A DNA stretch of 64,000 nt from a virus (taxonomy: Duplodnaviria; Caudoviricetes). Of the stretch, positions 1 through 9,067 are shown in pieces; within the stretch, counting starts at the first letter, position 1, and each line of letters starts with the position of its first letter. Both the position numbers and the translations under genes were made by a program. The stretch is taken from the IMG/VR virus record IMGVR_UViG_3300028048_002144; one strand, 5' to 3'. Below the pieces are notes generated by a model. It was not told where the DNA came from and did not search any database. It saw only the letters and a program-made list of their open reading frames with translations.

Positions 1-1
1 A

Positions 2-1006
2 TAAGGTTAATCCTTTCGCTTCATCACACATTTCATTAAATCCACTAAAGTTATATTTAAGCAAATCTGCATTCTTATACATTATCTTTATCATATCAAT
101 TTCTTCTTGCGTTAATTCTTCATTCACATCTTTAGCAGATAAGAGTTCATATAAATTCTCAATATAACTTAATTTATCTTTTATAAGTCCTTTTGTTGTG
201 TTAGATAAAATATGATCTATATTAATTGAATTATTAAAATCTTCAACAAAATATGTAGGGACCTTTTTATCGCCTAAATACTTATTTATGCTCTTTACGA
301 AAATGTCTTTTATGATTACTGCTAAATTATATTCAATCATCGTTAATACTACGAAATCTTCGTCTTTTATCTTCTCATATTCACTTTCGCTTAAAAGCAT
401 CTTTAAATATCTTTTAGCTTCTACATCTGGATACATAGAAGTTTTATCTTCATTGTATCTAAATCTATTCTCAAAATATATAAATGATAAAGGAATAGAT
501 TTTATCTTTCTTTTACCTAAAGCATAATCTGAAAATACATTCTTACACATATCCAGCTGCTCAGCATCTAAAGTTTTATTGTTTCTCATCTTACCTTTAT
601 TATAGAGGATTTGTGTTAAATAATATCTTATACTTTGGTTTTTTGAAGAGTCCTTCTTTTTATTTATTTCCTTATATCCGAAATTTTCGATCTTCTCAAC
701 CGTAAAATGATATGGTAAATCTAATTTGTCTAATTCCCTTTTCAGTCCTTTTAGTATAAAATCATATAAATCATTACATACTATATCTATTTTCTCTGTT
801 GAGATTATCAGATTAGGGATAAAGTAATTTAATGCGTATTGTTTTTGCGTCTTTTGATTTGACTTCAGCATTAGTAAATAATAAGCAGGGATATCTAATA
901 GATTATTCCCTCTTGCTAAACTATATACTGCGTTTTCATATATTTGTATTTGATCTTCAAATTTAAGTGCTTTTTGTACACTAATTTTTAAATTATGAGC
1001 TTGCAT
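2..1006 (-). CDS. hypothetical protein, truncated at window edge (MQAHNLKISVQKALKFEDQIQ...)
   Basis: ATG at 1006 after GAAAGAGG RBS; frame read by eye appears open to the window start; absent from ORF track because no stop in window. Confidence 0.75.
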   Translation of the reverse strand, partial: MQAHNLKISVQKALKFEDQIQIYENAVYSLARGNNLLDIPAYYLLMLKSNQKTQKQYALNYFIPNLIISTEKIDIVCNDLYDFILKGLKRELDKLDLPYHFTVEKIENFGYKEINKKKDSSKNQSIRYYLTQILYNKGKMRNNKTLDAEQLDMCKNVFSDYALGKRKIKSIPLSFIYFENRFRYNEDKTSMYPDVEAKRYLKMLLSESEYEKIKDEDFVVLTMIEYNLAVIIKDIFVKSINKYLGDKKVPTYFVEDFNNSINIDHILSNTTKGLIKDKLSYIENLYELLSAKDVNEELTQEEIDMIKIMYKNADLLKYNFSGFNEMCDEAKGLTL

Positions 1007-1076
1007 AGAAAACCTCTTTCTTTTTTTGTAAAAAAATCGTTCATATTTTAAATAGTTAGATATTGAAAGAAAGGAG

Positions 1077-1412
1077 TTGATTAATATGTTTTTTACACAT
1101 AGTCAATCCAAAAATTCTTTCGGGTTCGTGTTTACAGCTTTCAAATTGTCTGTTAAGTTAACTGTATTTATCTGGATATTTGCACAGTGTTTAAAGATTA
1201 AACCTATGCTTGCCCAGGAACTAAATAACGGTTTTAATTTTACTCAGACACAGAATCCAGCAGTTGTAACAATGAACACCGAAACCCCGAACTCTTTCAA
1301 TATATTTAATGGTTTAAGTAATATTAAAAAGGACTACGATAGCCTTTTTGATACTTGGGAAGAAACAAAAATAATTCTTTCTAACCCAGATTACTTAAAT
1401 ACAATGAATTAA
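1077..1412 (+). CDS. hypothetical secreted/membrane protein
   Basis: AAAGGAG RBS, TCATATT motif at ~1041, hydrophobic N-region, terminator follows. Confidence 0.6.
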   Translation: MINMFFTHSQSKNSFGFVFTAFKLSVKLTVFIWIFAQCLKIKPMLAQELNNGFNFTQTQNPAVVTMNTETPNSFNIFNGLSNIKKDYDSLFDTWEETKIILSNPDYLNTMN

Positions 1413-1420
1413 GTTAGAGT

Positions 1421-1456
1421 AAAAAACGGTAGTCTTATAATTTGGCTACCGTTTTC
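1421..1456. terminator. bidirectional intrinsic terminator
   Basis: AAAACGGTAGTC-loop-GGCTACCGTTTT between convergent genes. Confidence 0.75.
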
Positions 1457-1458
1457 TT

Positions 1459-2259
1459 TTATTGATTTTCACTTTCGTTTATCATCTGTTCTAATTCTTT
1501 CATCATATTTTGCTCTTCTTCAGTTGAATTCGTATCAGACGTATTTTCTTCAGCATGTTCTTGAACATAGTTTTGCATTTCTACTTGTTTTTGATTATCA
1601 TTCATCTTTACGATGAAATTTAACAGCTCTGAGCCATTATCTTCATTTATCGTGTAATAACAAATATCTGTTTTATTATCGAATTCTTTTATATACAAAA
1701 CAGTATGATCAGATGTATCTACTATTTCATATAATCCATTCTCCATCTTTTTAATATCTGGATTATTTTTATTAAGTGTTGGCATAATGTAGAACACATT
1801 TGTTTCGTCTTTTACATATACGTAATTCTTATCAAAGTTCTTTTCTTTAATAAGATCCTTTATCTTTAGTTTCTCAAAAGATAGATTTTCTGCCGGAATA
1901 TTCTTTTCTTTTGCATACTCTACAAAAGTCTTATATCCTAAATCCTTACCAGTTTTAAGATATATACTTTTGACTTCATCTGGTATGTCGTTCATATAAT
2001 CTAGTGATTTGTCTTCTGGTTTTTCTTTACCTATTGCCATTGATACAGCATCCTGTAATGTAGGTTTCTTCTTTGTTTCAAATTTCTGTTTGAATGCAAA
2101 CATACCCATTTCAATTGATACACATAATATTGTTATAACAATTGTAACTATTACAATCGTTCCTATCAGTGAACGAGTTCCTGCCTTATCCGAGTCTTCT
2201 CCATTACTACGTCTTTCCTGTATTAACTGATTTGCGTTTATCTTTTTATTTTTAAACAT
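1459..2259 (-). CDS. membrane-anchored hypothetical protein
   Basis: 266 aa, single N-terminal TM (LIGTIVIVTIVITILCVSI), RBS and promoter motif upstream. Confidence 0.75.
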   Translation of the reverse strand: MFKNKKINANQLIQERRSNGEDSDKAGTRSLIGTIVIVTIVITILCVSIEMGMFAFKQKFETKKKPTLQDAVSMAIGKEKPEDKSLDYMNDIPDEVKSIYLKTGKDLGYKTFVEYAKEKNIPAENLSFEKLKIKDLIKEKNFDKNYVYVKDETNVFYIMPTLNKNNPDIKKMENGLYEIVDTSDHTVLYIKEFDNKTDICYYTINEDNGSELLNFIVKMNDNQKQVEMQNYVQEHAEENTSDTNSTEEEQNMMKELEQMINESENQ

Positions 2260-2370
2260 ATTTCCACCTTTTTAAAAATCTCTTTTATCTAAATATGACA
2301 GAACTGGCTAACGACATAAAAAAAACACCCCTTATATTAATAAGGAGTGTTTTTCAATCTTTTACTGTTT

Positions 2371-2859
2371 TTAGAAAACGATTACCTTTCTTTTATCAGC
2401 TTTAAGATTGTTGATTTCTGGTTCTCTATCGGAAATCACATCAGCAATTTCATCAATAGCTTTGAACTCATCAATTACTTCTTCAACAAATGCAGCAATT
2501 TCTTCTGCAGTCTCTTCAATATCGTCAGTTGGATCAGATACATAAACATCAAGTGGTAATTCTGCTTTAGCCATCATTTTCTTTACAAAGAAGAACTTAT
2601 TAACAAGTCTCTTACAAGTCTTGGCATAATTTCTTTCAATGTATTCTGGTTTATAAGCCAACTTCTGGTTGTAGAAATAGAAGATTGTCTCACACTTCTT
2701 GTAGTCATAATAGCAATCAAGAAGTTCAATAATGTTCTCAAGCGGATATGTAAACTTGTTGTTTCTTGGATTTGTATATCCGTTCTCTTCCTCTGATGCG
2801 ATATAAAGTGCTACATTTTCGTTGCTCTTGTTTTTGAAGTCATAATAGTTGTTGTACAT
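2371..2859 (-). CDS. hypothetical protein
   Basis: 162 aa, AAGGGAG RBS, conserved leader upstream. Confidence 0.75.
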   Translation of the reverse strand: MYNNYYDFKNKSNENVALYIASEEENGYTNPRNNKFTYPLENIIELLDCYYDYKKCETIFYFYNQKLAYKPEYIERNYAKTCKRLVNKFFFVKKMMAKAELPLDVYVSDPTDDIEETAEEIAAFVEEVIDEFKAIDEIADVISDREPEINNLKADKRKVIVF

Positions 2860-2970
2860 TTTATTCTCCCTTCTCTCTGCCTCATTTCGCAGAAAACAAA
2901 AAGTCAGGAGTTGTACTTACTCCTGACTTTCATTAAATACTTTACAATATTTATATGACAGATTTTTTAT
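2860..2970 (-). promoter_or_regulatory. promoter plus 5' leader with terminator-like hairpin (copy 1)
   Basis: TCTGTCATAT motif, then AAAGTCAGGAG-loop-CTCCTGACTTTTTGTTTT; near-identical copy at 63663-63770. Confidence 0.65.
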
Positions 2971-2990
2971 TATTTTTCTTACGTTTTATT

Positions 2991-3536
2991 TTACTTCATT
3001 TCATAGCCTTCTTTTATAGTAATAGTAGAGAAACTTTCAATAGTTGAAAGCTTTTTCTTTAGTTCGTCAATTGTCTTGCCATGATATCCGATAAGAATGC
3101 CTGGATTAGATGAAACTAATAATATATCTACCTTATTAGACTCATCCTTAGAAAGTACACACTGAATATTAGCGTATTTCTGAAGGTTGTTTTTATGAAC
3201 CCATTCCTGTATTTCATATAAAATTTTATTGATTCCATTTATTTCATATAAATTTTTGTTATTCGTATGGTCGTTATGAGGTACATCAGCTTTTCTTTCG
3301 CTCTTTGTCATATTATTGCATACAGTATCAATCATCTTCTGCTGCGTTTGAACGATTTCAAAAAGTTTATCAATGCAGTCATACATAATCTCACGTTCAT
3401 TATAACGATGATGCCAGCTGCTCGAACCATGACTATGATCAGTATTTCGGACATCACTTAATCGCCAGTCGATTGATTCGATACACTTTGCAACACTCTC
3501 TTTCATGTTTTTAATATAAGCTTTGTCTATTGCCAT
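2991..3536 (-). CDS. protein with C-terminal KH (ribosomal S3-like) RNA-binding domain
   Basis: ILLVSSNPGILIGYHGKTIDELKKKL fits the KH GxxG loop; start MAIDK after AAAGGAG. Confidence 0.65.
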   Translation of the reverse strand: MAIDKAYIKNMKESVAKCIESIDWRLSDVRNTDHSHGSSSWHHRYNEREIMYDCIDKLFEIVQTQQKMIDTVCNNMTKSERKADVPHNDHTNNKNLYEINGINKILYEIQEWVHKNNLQKYANIQCVLSKDESNKVDILLVSSNPGILIGYHGKTIDELKKKLSTIESFSTITIKEGYEMK

Positions 3537-3660
3537 TATTTTTTCTCCTTTCAAACTTTAAAATTCTAGTATTAATATGAATGATTTTTATAATAAAAAA
3601 AATACCCAGGAGCTATGCTCTAAGATATTTTTCTTATTGTCTTATTAATCACCCTTAAAT

Positions 3661-3957
3661 TTACTTATGCATTGCCTTTTTCTTCTCTGCAATAATCTCT
3701 TCTACACATTTTCTAGCAATTCCTAAATGTATTAGATACTGACCAGCATTAGGATCATTATCTTTATTGATTCGATATTTCTGTTCATGCTGTTCTATTA
3801 CTCTTTTAGTTTTCTCCAGACTGTCAATTGGTATTCCAAAAGCTGTACAGTCTAAAGAGCCTGTATTAGAAATTATATTTTCACTCTTAATCTGGAGAGA
3901 TTTATCACCCTTAAATGCATCTGATAATGCTCCAATAAGTTCTGCTCTATTATCCAT
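3661..3957 (-). CDS. hypothetical protein
   Basis: 98 aa, GAGG RBS, operon-like spacing. Confidence 0.7.
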   Translation of the reverse strand: MDNRAELIGALSDAFKGDKSLQIKSENIISNTGSLDCTAFGIPIDSLEKTKRVIEQHEQKYRINKDNDPNAGQYLIHLGIARKCVEEIIAEKKKAMHK

Positions 3958-3959
3958 TC

Positions 3960-4550
3960 TTATTCCTCATTTTCTAAAAAGTTGACATTTAAACTTAATA
4001 ATTCACCAATAAAAAGTTTTTGTATATAATCTTTATCCCTTTTAATAGGATAATTTATATTGAAAAAATCATCAGAAAGGTTTTCTAACATTTCTACAAC
4101 ATCATCTTCTGAATTAATATCGGGATTAATATCAGGTACAGAGAGTCCTAAAAAATGCAAATTAGGTTCTGGACCAGCTGCTAGTGATACATAAACTTCA
4201 TACATATCGGCATCTAAAACTCGACAGACAATTCTAAGTCCATATTTTAAAACACCTCGTACATATGGTTCCCAGTATTCAGCTTTACCTTTAGAATAAA
4301 AATGAAGATCATTACTAAAATCTTTAAGTAATGGAAATTGTTCTAGTGGATATACTCGAACATACTCTTTTACTGTTTTTACTGCAGCTTTATTTTCTGC
4401 TACAGTAATACATTCTTTTAAATAATTTAATTCATCTTTAGTGAAGTTTATATTAGTATTATCTTCTTGAATTGCCTGTGTTATATGATTTAACATATAT
4501 CTACTAGGGTGTGCTTTTGATATTACTTTTACCATTTTCATCCTCCTCAT
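3960..4550 (-). CDS. hypothetical protein
   Basis: ~190 aa ORF coupled to neighbours. Confidence 0.7.
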   Translation of the reverse strand: MRRMKMVKVISKAHPSRYMLNHITQAIQEDNTNINFTKDELNYLKECITVAENKAAVKTVKEYVRVYPLEQFPLLKDFSNDLHFYSKGKAEYWEPYVRGVLKYGLRIVCRVLDADMYEVYVSLAAGPEPNLHFLGLSVPDINPDINSEDDVVEMLENLSDDFFNINYPIKRDKDYIQKLFIGELLSLNVNFLENEE

Positions 4551-4986
4551 CTAATCTTTTCTTTTCACTTTCTTTCATCATTTTTTCCAATTTAGGTGTT
4601 AATGGTGTTTTAATTATTTCCAAAGCATTATTTTTTAGAGCTTCTCTATAATCATCTCCATCATATAAGACTAAGATGCATAGTTCATAACTATAAGGCA
4701 GCACATCTTTTACTAACTTTTCTAATTCATCTGAATGTTCTTTTATAAATTTAGAACGTTTATTTAGTAAATATTTGCTAATTAACATAGGACCAAATAT
4801 CACAACATAGAAACCCCAAGAATAAAGTAAAATGCACGATATTGTTGGATTTATACTTTGCCCAATTGGTGTGTCATATATAAATTTTATAAGTCCCCAA
4901 AATAATAGGATATTACACAAATACATTAAGAAAAATGTGCAAATATCTTTGTTATGTTGTTTTATAACAAATTTCGTATTCATCAT
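4504..4986 (-). CDS. hypothetical membrane protein (2 TM)
   Basis: two hydrophobic stretches, AGAGG RBS. Confidence 0.7.
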   Translation of the reverse strand: MMNTKFVIKQHNKDICTFFLMYLCNILLFWGLIKFIYDTPIGQSINPTISCILLYSWGFYVVIFGPMLISKYLLNKRSKFIKEHSDELEKLVKDVLPYSYELCILVLYDGDDYREALKNNALEIIKTPLTPKLEKMMKESEKKRLDEEDENGKSNIKSTP

Positions 4987-4996
4987 ATTTATCCTC

Positions 4997-5293
4997 TTAT
5001 TCTTTTAAAAACTTTCGATAAATGTTATCAATTTCTTCTTTTGTGGTTGTAATATTTCTATCTTTCCCTTTATTGATTATGTCTTCATAATCTCCTGGGA
5101 TTAACTTATAATCACAAAACCTAGATGAATGTATGGACCACAAAGAATACAATTCTTTTTGCACAAAATTTATCTTTTTATACAGTTTTGCTCTCGGAAC
5201 CTCTACAAAAATTATGAAATATATAAATCCTGCTATTGCTGTTGTTATAGCAATTGTCGATACTATGTAAAAAATGGTATATATCGTATTCAT
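4997..5293 (-). CDS. small membrane protein sharing a C-terminal module with the HAD protein
   Basis: N-terminal TM; AAAGGAGG RBS. Confidence 0.7.
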   Translation of the reverse strand: MNTIYTIFYIVSTIAITTAIAGFIYFIIFVEVPRAKLYKKINFVQKELYSLWSIHSSRFCDYKLIPGDYEDIINKGKDRNITTTKEEIDNIYRKFLKE

Positions 5294-5313
5294 ACAAAGC
5301 CTCCCTTTATTAC

Positions 5314-5769
5314 TTATTCGTGGATCTCGTTCTCTGACTTCTCAAACTTTACTTTTAGTCTTTCGTATTCGGCACGTTCTTTCGCTTCTTCTTCTAATTT
5401 CTTCTGCTTTTCTTTAGTTTCTCTCTCGGCAGCTTCTAGTTCTTTTTCCTGCTGACGAAGTTTATAATATTCATGTCGTGCTTCTTCCTGATCTAATAAA
5501 AGCCATTCTGATTTAATATCTTCGCATTCAGAATAAGTATCTCCATTAGCTCCAGAAGTTCCACTAACAGACAAATCGCAGCCTAGCTTATATGAGTTTT
5601 GATGATATATATGATGCTCTTTTAAAATATCAATTTCGTTTATATCTTCTACTTCACGCAAAATATCTGATAGTCTATCTTTGATAGCCTCATACTTTTC
5701 AACTATTTCTTTTATTTCTTCTGTTGTAGTTATATCTTTATAACCTATTACCTTAATTGGGTTTAGCAT
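5314..5769 (-). CDS. hypothetical coiled-coil protein
   Basis: 151 aa, GAGGAG RBS. Confidence 0.7.
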   Translation of the reverse strand: MLNPIKVIGYKDITTTEEIKEIVEKYEAIKDRLSDILREVEDINEIDILKEHHIYHQNSYKLGCDLSVSGTSGANGDTYSECEDIKSEWLLLDQEEARHEYYKLRQQEKELEAAERETKEKQKKLEEEAKERAEYERLKVKFEKSENEIHE

Positions 5770-5785
5770 TGTTTTCTCCTCATCA

Positions 5786-6556
5786 CTACTTCAAAAACAA
5801 TCGGAAAATACCATCAATTTCTTCTTTTGTAATTGTAAGATCTTCGTTTTCCCCTTTATTGATTATGTTTTCGTAATCCTCCAAGCTTAACTCAAAATCA
5901 CCAAATGCAGGTTGATGCGTATCATATAAGGAATTTAATTCTCCAAGTATAAATTGAACTTTATTTTTAGGTTTTGTTATCTTTACTACACATGCACTAG
6001 GACTTGGTTTCCCTATTACAAAACATTCATTTTTAGACTTCTCTTCATTCGAAAATTTATCCAAAAATGTAGTTACATGATACAAATCTACTCTTCTATC
6101 AAACTCATTTAATTCTAAGATTTCTTGTTCAATATCAATAAGTGATTCCAAGTTATCATCTATATACGCAAAATGCTCTCTATAATTCTTTTCTTCATGA
6201 CAAATTTCATCGACTAAAAATTTAATTACTGTTCCTTTCTGATCCGAACTATTAACTCCCCAGAAATCATCTCTATCTACAACGTCAGGCATATATCTAT
6301 CCAGGAAGTCTAATTTAGCAAATATTTCCTGGCTACCTCTTGAACAAGAAGACAAGATTAGAATTCTATTGCCTTCATCTTTTAGTCTTTTAATCACGTT
6401 AATTACCGGCACAAAAGGCTTACTATATTCGTCATAACAGGCTCTTATCTTTCTGATATTATTTTCAAAATCATTAGGATCTACCATGATAGTGCCTTCT
6501 TTGTCATTAAAACGAGGAGTAGAAATAACACCATCGAAATCAAAAATATAAATCAT
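5786..6556 (-). CDS. HAD-superfamily hydrolase
   Basis: motif I IFDFDGV, motif II ILILS, motif IV YIDDN. Confidence 0.8.
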   Translation of the reverse strand: MIYIFDFDGVISTPRFNDKEGTIMVDPNDFENNIRKIRACYDEYSKPFVPVINVIKRLKDEGNRILILSSCSRGSQEIFAKLDFLDRYMPDVVDRDDFWGVNSSDQKGTVIKFLVDEICHEEKNYREHFAYIDDNLESLIDIEQEILELNEFDRRVDLYHVTTFLDKFSNEEKSKNECFVIGKPSPSACVVKITKPKNKVQFILGELNSLYDTHQPAFGDFELSLEDYENIINKGENEDLTITKEEIDGIFRLFLK

Positions 6557-6947
6557 AAAGTGTCCTTCTTTCTAATAAAAACTACTCACATATTTAATAT
6601 GACAGTTCGTGAGTTTATTTCTTATTTATTTACCTATTTCTCTTTTTGTCTCCATATATAATTATGGTAATTCTGGAAATAAATAAGCATAAAGAAACAC
6701 CTAGTCTCATACAAGGCTAGGTGCTGTAATTTATTCATATGATTTAATTAATAATCAAAGGTTCTTTTTCTTCCAGACGCAAATATTCTTTATAATACTC
6801 TCTATCAGACGTAAAACCTTTTTCTACAAAATGATTGACAACTTTTTCAAAAGCATCTTCTTTTGTGTCAGCCTTTACATAACCATCATGTCCTTCGAAA
6901 TAGAAATAAAACATATACAAAACCCCTTTCTATAATTTTCTTTTTAG

Positions 6948-7031
6948 TGGATAGGGTAGGACTTGAACCTACAATGTCAATAAGACGACAGTTTTACAGA
7001 CTGCTGCATTACCAATTCTGCTCATCTATCC
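6948..7031 (-). tRNA. trnY: tRNA-Tyr(GUA)
   Basis: GCAGT-CTGTAAA-ACTGT anticodon arm, long V-arm, GGTTCAAGTCC T-arm. Confidence 0.9.
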
Positions 7032-7051
7032 ATATTCTATTCAATGTCTAT

Positions 7052-7246
7052 TTATTGTAAAAAATACATAATTAAAATTGAAGCTCCAAACAATATAAAA
7101 GCTTTAAGCATAGCTTGTATACTATCAATTTTTCTTTCATCTTTTGTATTTTGATAAGATAAATAAGGAATAAGTCCTTTAAATACAAAATAAACCATTG
7201 AAATTGATGTACCTACTATTGCTGATATAAATAAAATAGTTTTCAT
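7052..7246 (-). CDS. small 2-TM membrane protein
   Basis: 64 aa, GAGG RBS. Confidence 0.6.
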   Translation of the reverse strand: MKTILFISAIVGTSISMVYFVFKGLIPYLSYQNTKDERKIDSIQAMLKAFILFGASILIMYFLQ

Positions 7247-7290
7247 TTTCTTTTCCTCTTTTAATAAGCATTAAGATAAATACATTTAAA

Positions 7291-7379
7291 AGTAGGTGAT
7301 CGGAATCGAACCGATGATCTATAAATAAGACGTACAGTTTTGCAGACTGCCTTCTCGAACCAACAGAGAATTCACCTAC
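7291..7379 (-). tRNA. trnC: tRNA-Cys(GCA) with atypical long variable arm
   Basis: acceptor GTAGGTG/CACCTAC, U73, GCAGT-CTGCAAA-ACTGT, 18-nt variable region. Confidence 0.8.
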
Positions 7380-7557
7380 ATATATAATTATTTTTCTTTG
7401 GTAGTTTGCAATATTGGATATTTGTTCTAGGTTTAGGGCATTGTTCTAATGGTTTCCATTTGAAGCTATCCATTAAATATCCTAGAACACATTGCATTTC
7501 GTATTTGCTACAAGGACTAGATTCAAGTGCTCTACATCCATCACATGATTTTTTCAT
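7372..7557 (-). CDS. small Cys-rich protein
   Basis: 61 aa with CxxC and further Cys; AAGG RBS. Confidence 0.55.
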   Translation of the reverse strand: MKKSCDGCRALESSPCSKYEMQCVLGYLMDSFKWKPLEQCPKPRTNIQYCKLPKKNNYICR

Positions 7558-7559
7558 AA

Positions 7560-7856
7560 TTATCCTTCTTTACTATCTATCCATATAAGTGTAGCTGGAG
7601 CAATTACCAGATAAAATATTGCAATTTTACTAAGAGTTTTCGGTATCAACAAAAAAATTTTCGGAATTAAAAAGAAACACAATAGATCAATAAGATAAAG
7701 TCCTGCTATCATGCGTGGAACAAATCTTTTTGCATGTTCTTCCATTTCATGTTCAGCCTCTCCAATCTTTGTAGTTTTCTCTTCTGGAGAAAGTTCTTCA
7801 TTAGTTATTGTGCTTGTCACTTTTGTTGCAAACTTCATATATTCCTTGAGAAACAT
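7560..7856 (-). CDS. hypothetical membrane protein
   Basis: 98 aa, GGGAG RBS, 2 TM. Confidence 0.65.
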   Translation of the reverse strand: MFLKEYMKFATKVTSTITNEELSPEEKTTKIGEAEHEMEEHAKRFVPRMIAGLYLIDLLCFFLIPKIFLLIPKTLSKIAIFYLVIAPATLIWIDSKEG

Positions 7857-7877
7857 TTCTTTACTCCCTATTAAAAT

Positions 7878-8210
7878 CTACCAGCCTATTGTTAATAAAT
7901 CCAAGCATGTTTCATTATCATGTGTAAATTCTTGATATCCTACTACAATCATTTCCGGATCATAAGAGTCATAGTCTAAAGGATTAATCTTTCCATTTTC
8001 GATTTTAAACACACCACAAAAACCAAACACATTTGACCATCCAGGAATTTTACTTACATCATGTAACTGGATTACAGCATATTTATCCGAAAATAAATCT
8101 GTTTTATCAAACTCAGTTGGCTTTTCTAAAAATGAAAAATCTTTATAGTCATCAGTATTTAATACACGTTGTTTAAGTTTTTCAAAGGTTTCTTTTTCAT
8201 TCATTATCAT
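7878..8210 (-). CDS. hypothetical protein
   Basis: 110 aa, translationally coupled (ATGA overlap). Confidence 0.7.
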   Translation of the reverse strand: MIMNEKETFEKLKQRVLNTDDYKDFSFLEKPTEFDKTDLFSDKYAVIQLHDVSKIPGWSNVFGFCGVFKIENGKINPLDYDSYDPEMIVVGYQEFTHDNETCLDLLTIGW

Positions 8211-8506
8211 GCCTCAAAACAATTTTTATTAGTTTTTGTTTCTGGGTTTTCTGCTAATATTGAATCAAGAATTACTACTCGTGTTCTTTTGGTTTGTTGT
8301 CTAAATTTTTCTAAATCACGATCATCACTAACAAAATATGTATCTGTGTAATTACACTCTAACTCTCTTTTAACAACATCAGAAACAGATTCATATTGCT
8401 GACGTTTTGCGTATCGCAAAAATGCTGCTTTAGCAGCTTCGAAAAAGGGATCTCCTTCTTCTTTTTTAGGCTTAAAAAGATTTTTTATACAAGATAATAC
8501 TTTCAT
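8207..8506 (-). CDS. hypothetical protein
   Basis: 99 aa, AAGGAG RBS. Confidence 0.65.
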   Translation of the reverse strand: MKVLSCIKNLFKPKKEEGDPFFEAAKAAFLRYAKRQQYESVSDVVKRELECNYTDTYFVSDDRDLEKFRQQTKRTRVVILDSILAENPETKTNKNCFEA

Positions 8507-8545
8507 ATTTTCATTCTCCTTATAAATTCAATTATGTTTCTAACA

Positions 8546-8842
8546 TTAATTGTCCTGTAATAATATAATAAGATTTTTCAGAGCTTCTTCTGGAGTATTG
8601 CCTTTACCGATAATATAATCGTTTACATCATGGTCAGGATCATTTCCTTCCCAAAAGTTTTGGCATTCAACATCTCCTGCATCAACAGGAAGTTCAAAAA
8701 ATATATATGATGGAGATAGATTAAACGCAAGAAAGCAAGCTCCCGAATATGCTCCACCATATCTGTCTTCGATAATGCAAAGAGGACATGGTATTTTTAA
8801 ATTTATAAGTTCAGATGATTTCTGGTTTAAATCTTTATTCAT
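8546..8842 (-). CDS. hypothetical phage-like protein
   Basis: true start MNKDL after AAGGAG; the longer track ORF overlaps tRNA-His. Confidence 0.7.
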   Translation of the reverse strand: MNKDLNQKSSELINLKIPCPLCIIEDRYGGAYSGACFLAFNLSPSYIFFELPVDAGDVECQNFWEGNDPDHDVNDYIIGKGNTPEEALKNLIILLQDN

Positions 8843-8865
8843 ATTTTCGTTCTCCTTATAAAAAG

Positions 8866-8951
8866 GGTGAAGGAGGAGACTCGAACTCCCACGAGCATTA
8901 CACTCGGCAGATCCACAATCTGCTGCGTCTTCCAATTTCGCCACCAACACC
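8866..8951 (-). tRNA. trnH: tRNA-His(GUG) with atypical long variable arm
   Basis: G-1:C73, GCAGA-TTGTGGA-TCTGC, V-arm CGAGT-GTAAT-GCTCG; two U:U mismatches in acceptor. Confidence 0.8.
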
Positions 8952-8954
8952 CTA

Positions 8955-9029
8955 TTGCAGAACTGGGAGTCGAACCCAGTATCTCGAGATTATGAGACTC
9001 GAATGGTATATCCGTTCCACTCTTCTGCC
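8955..9029 (-). tRNA. trnM: tRNA-Met(CAU), initiator-like
   Basis: CTCATAA loop, G1:A72 mismatch, A73, GGTTCGACTCC T-arm. Confidence 0.75.
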
Positions 9030-9067
9030 ATGTTATAAAATTATTACAACTAGATTTAGGAAGGTCT

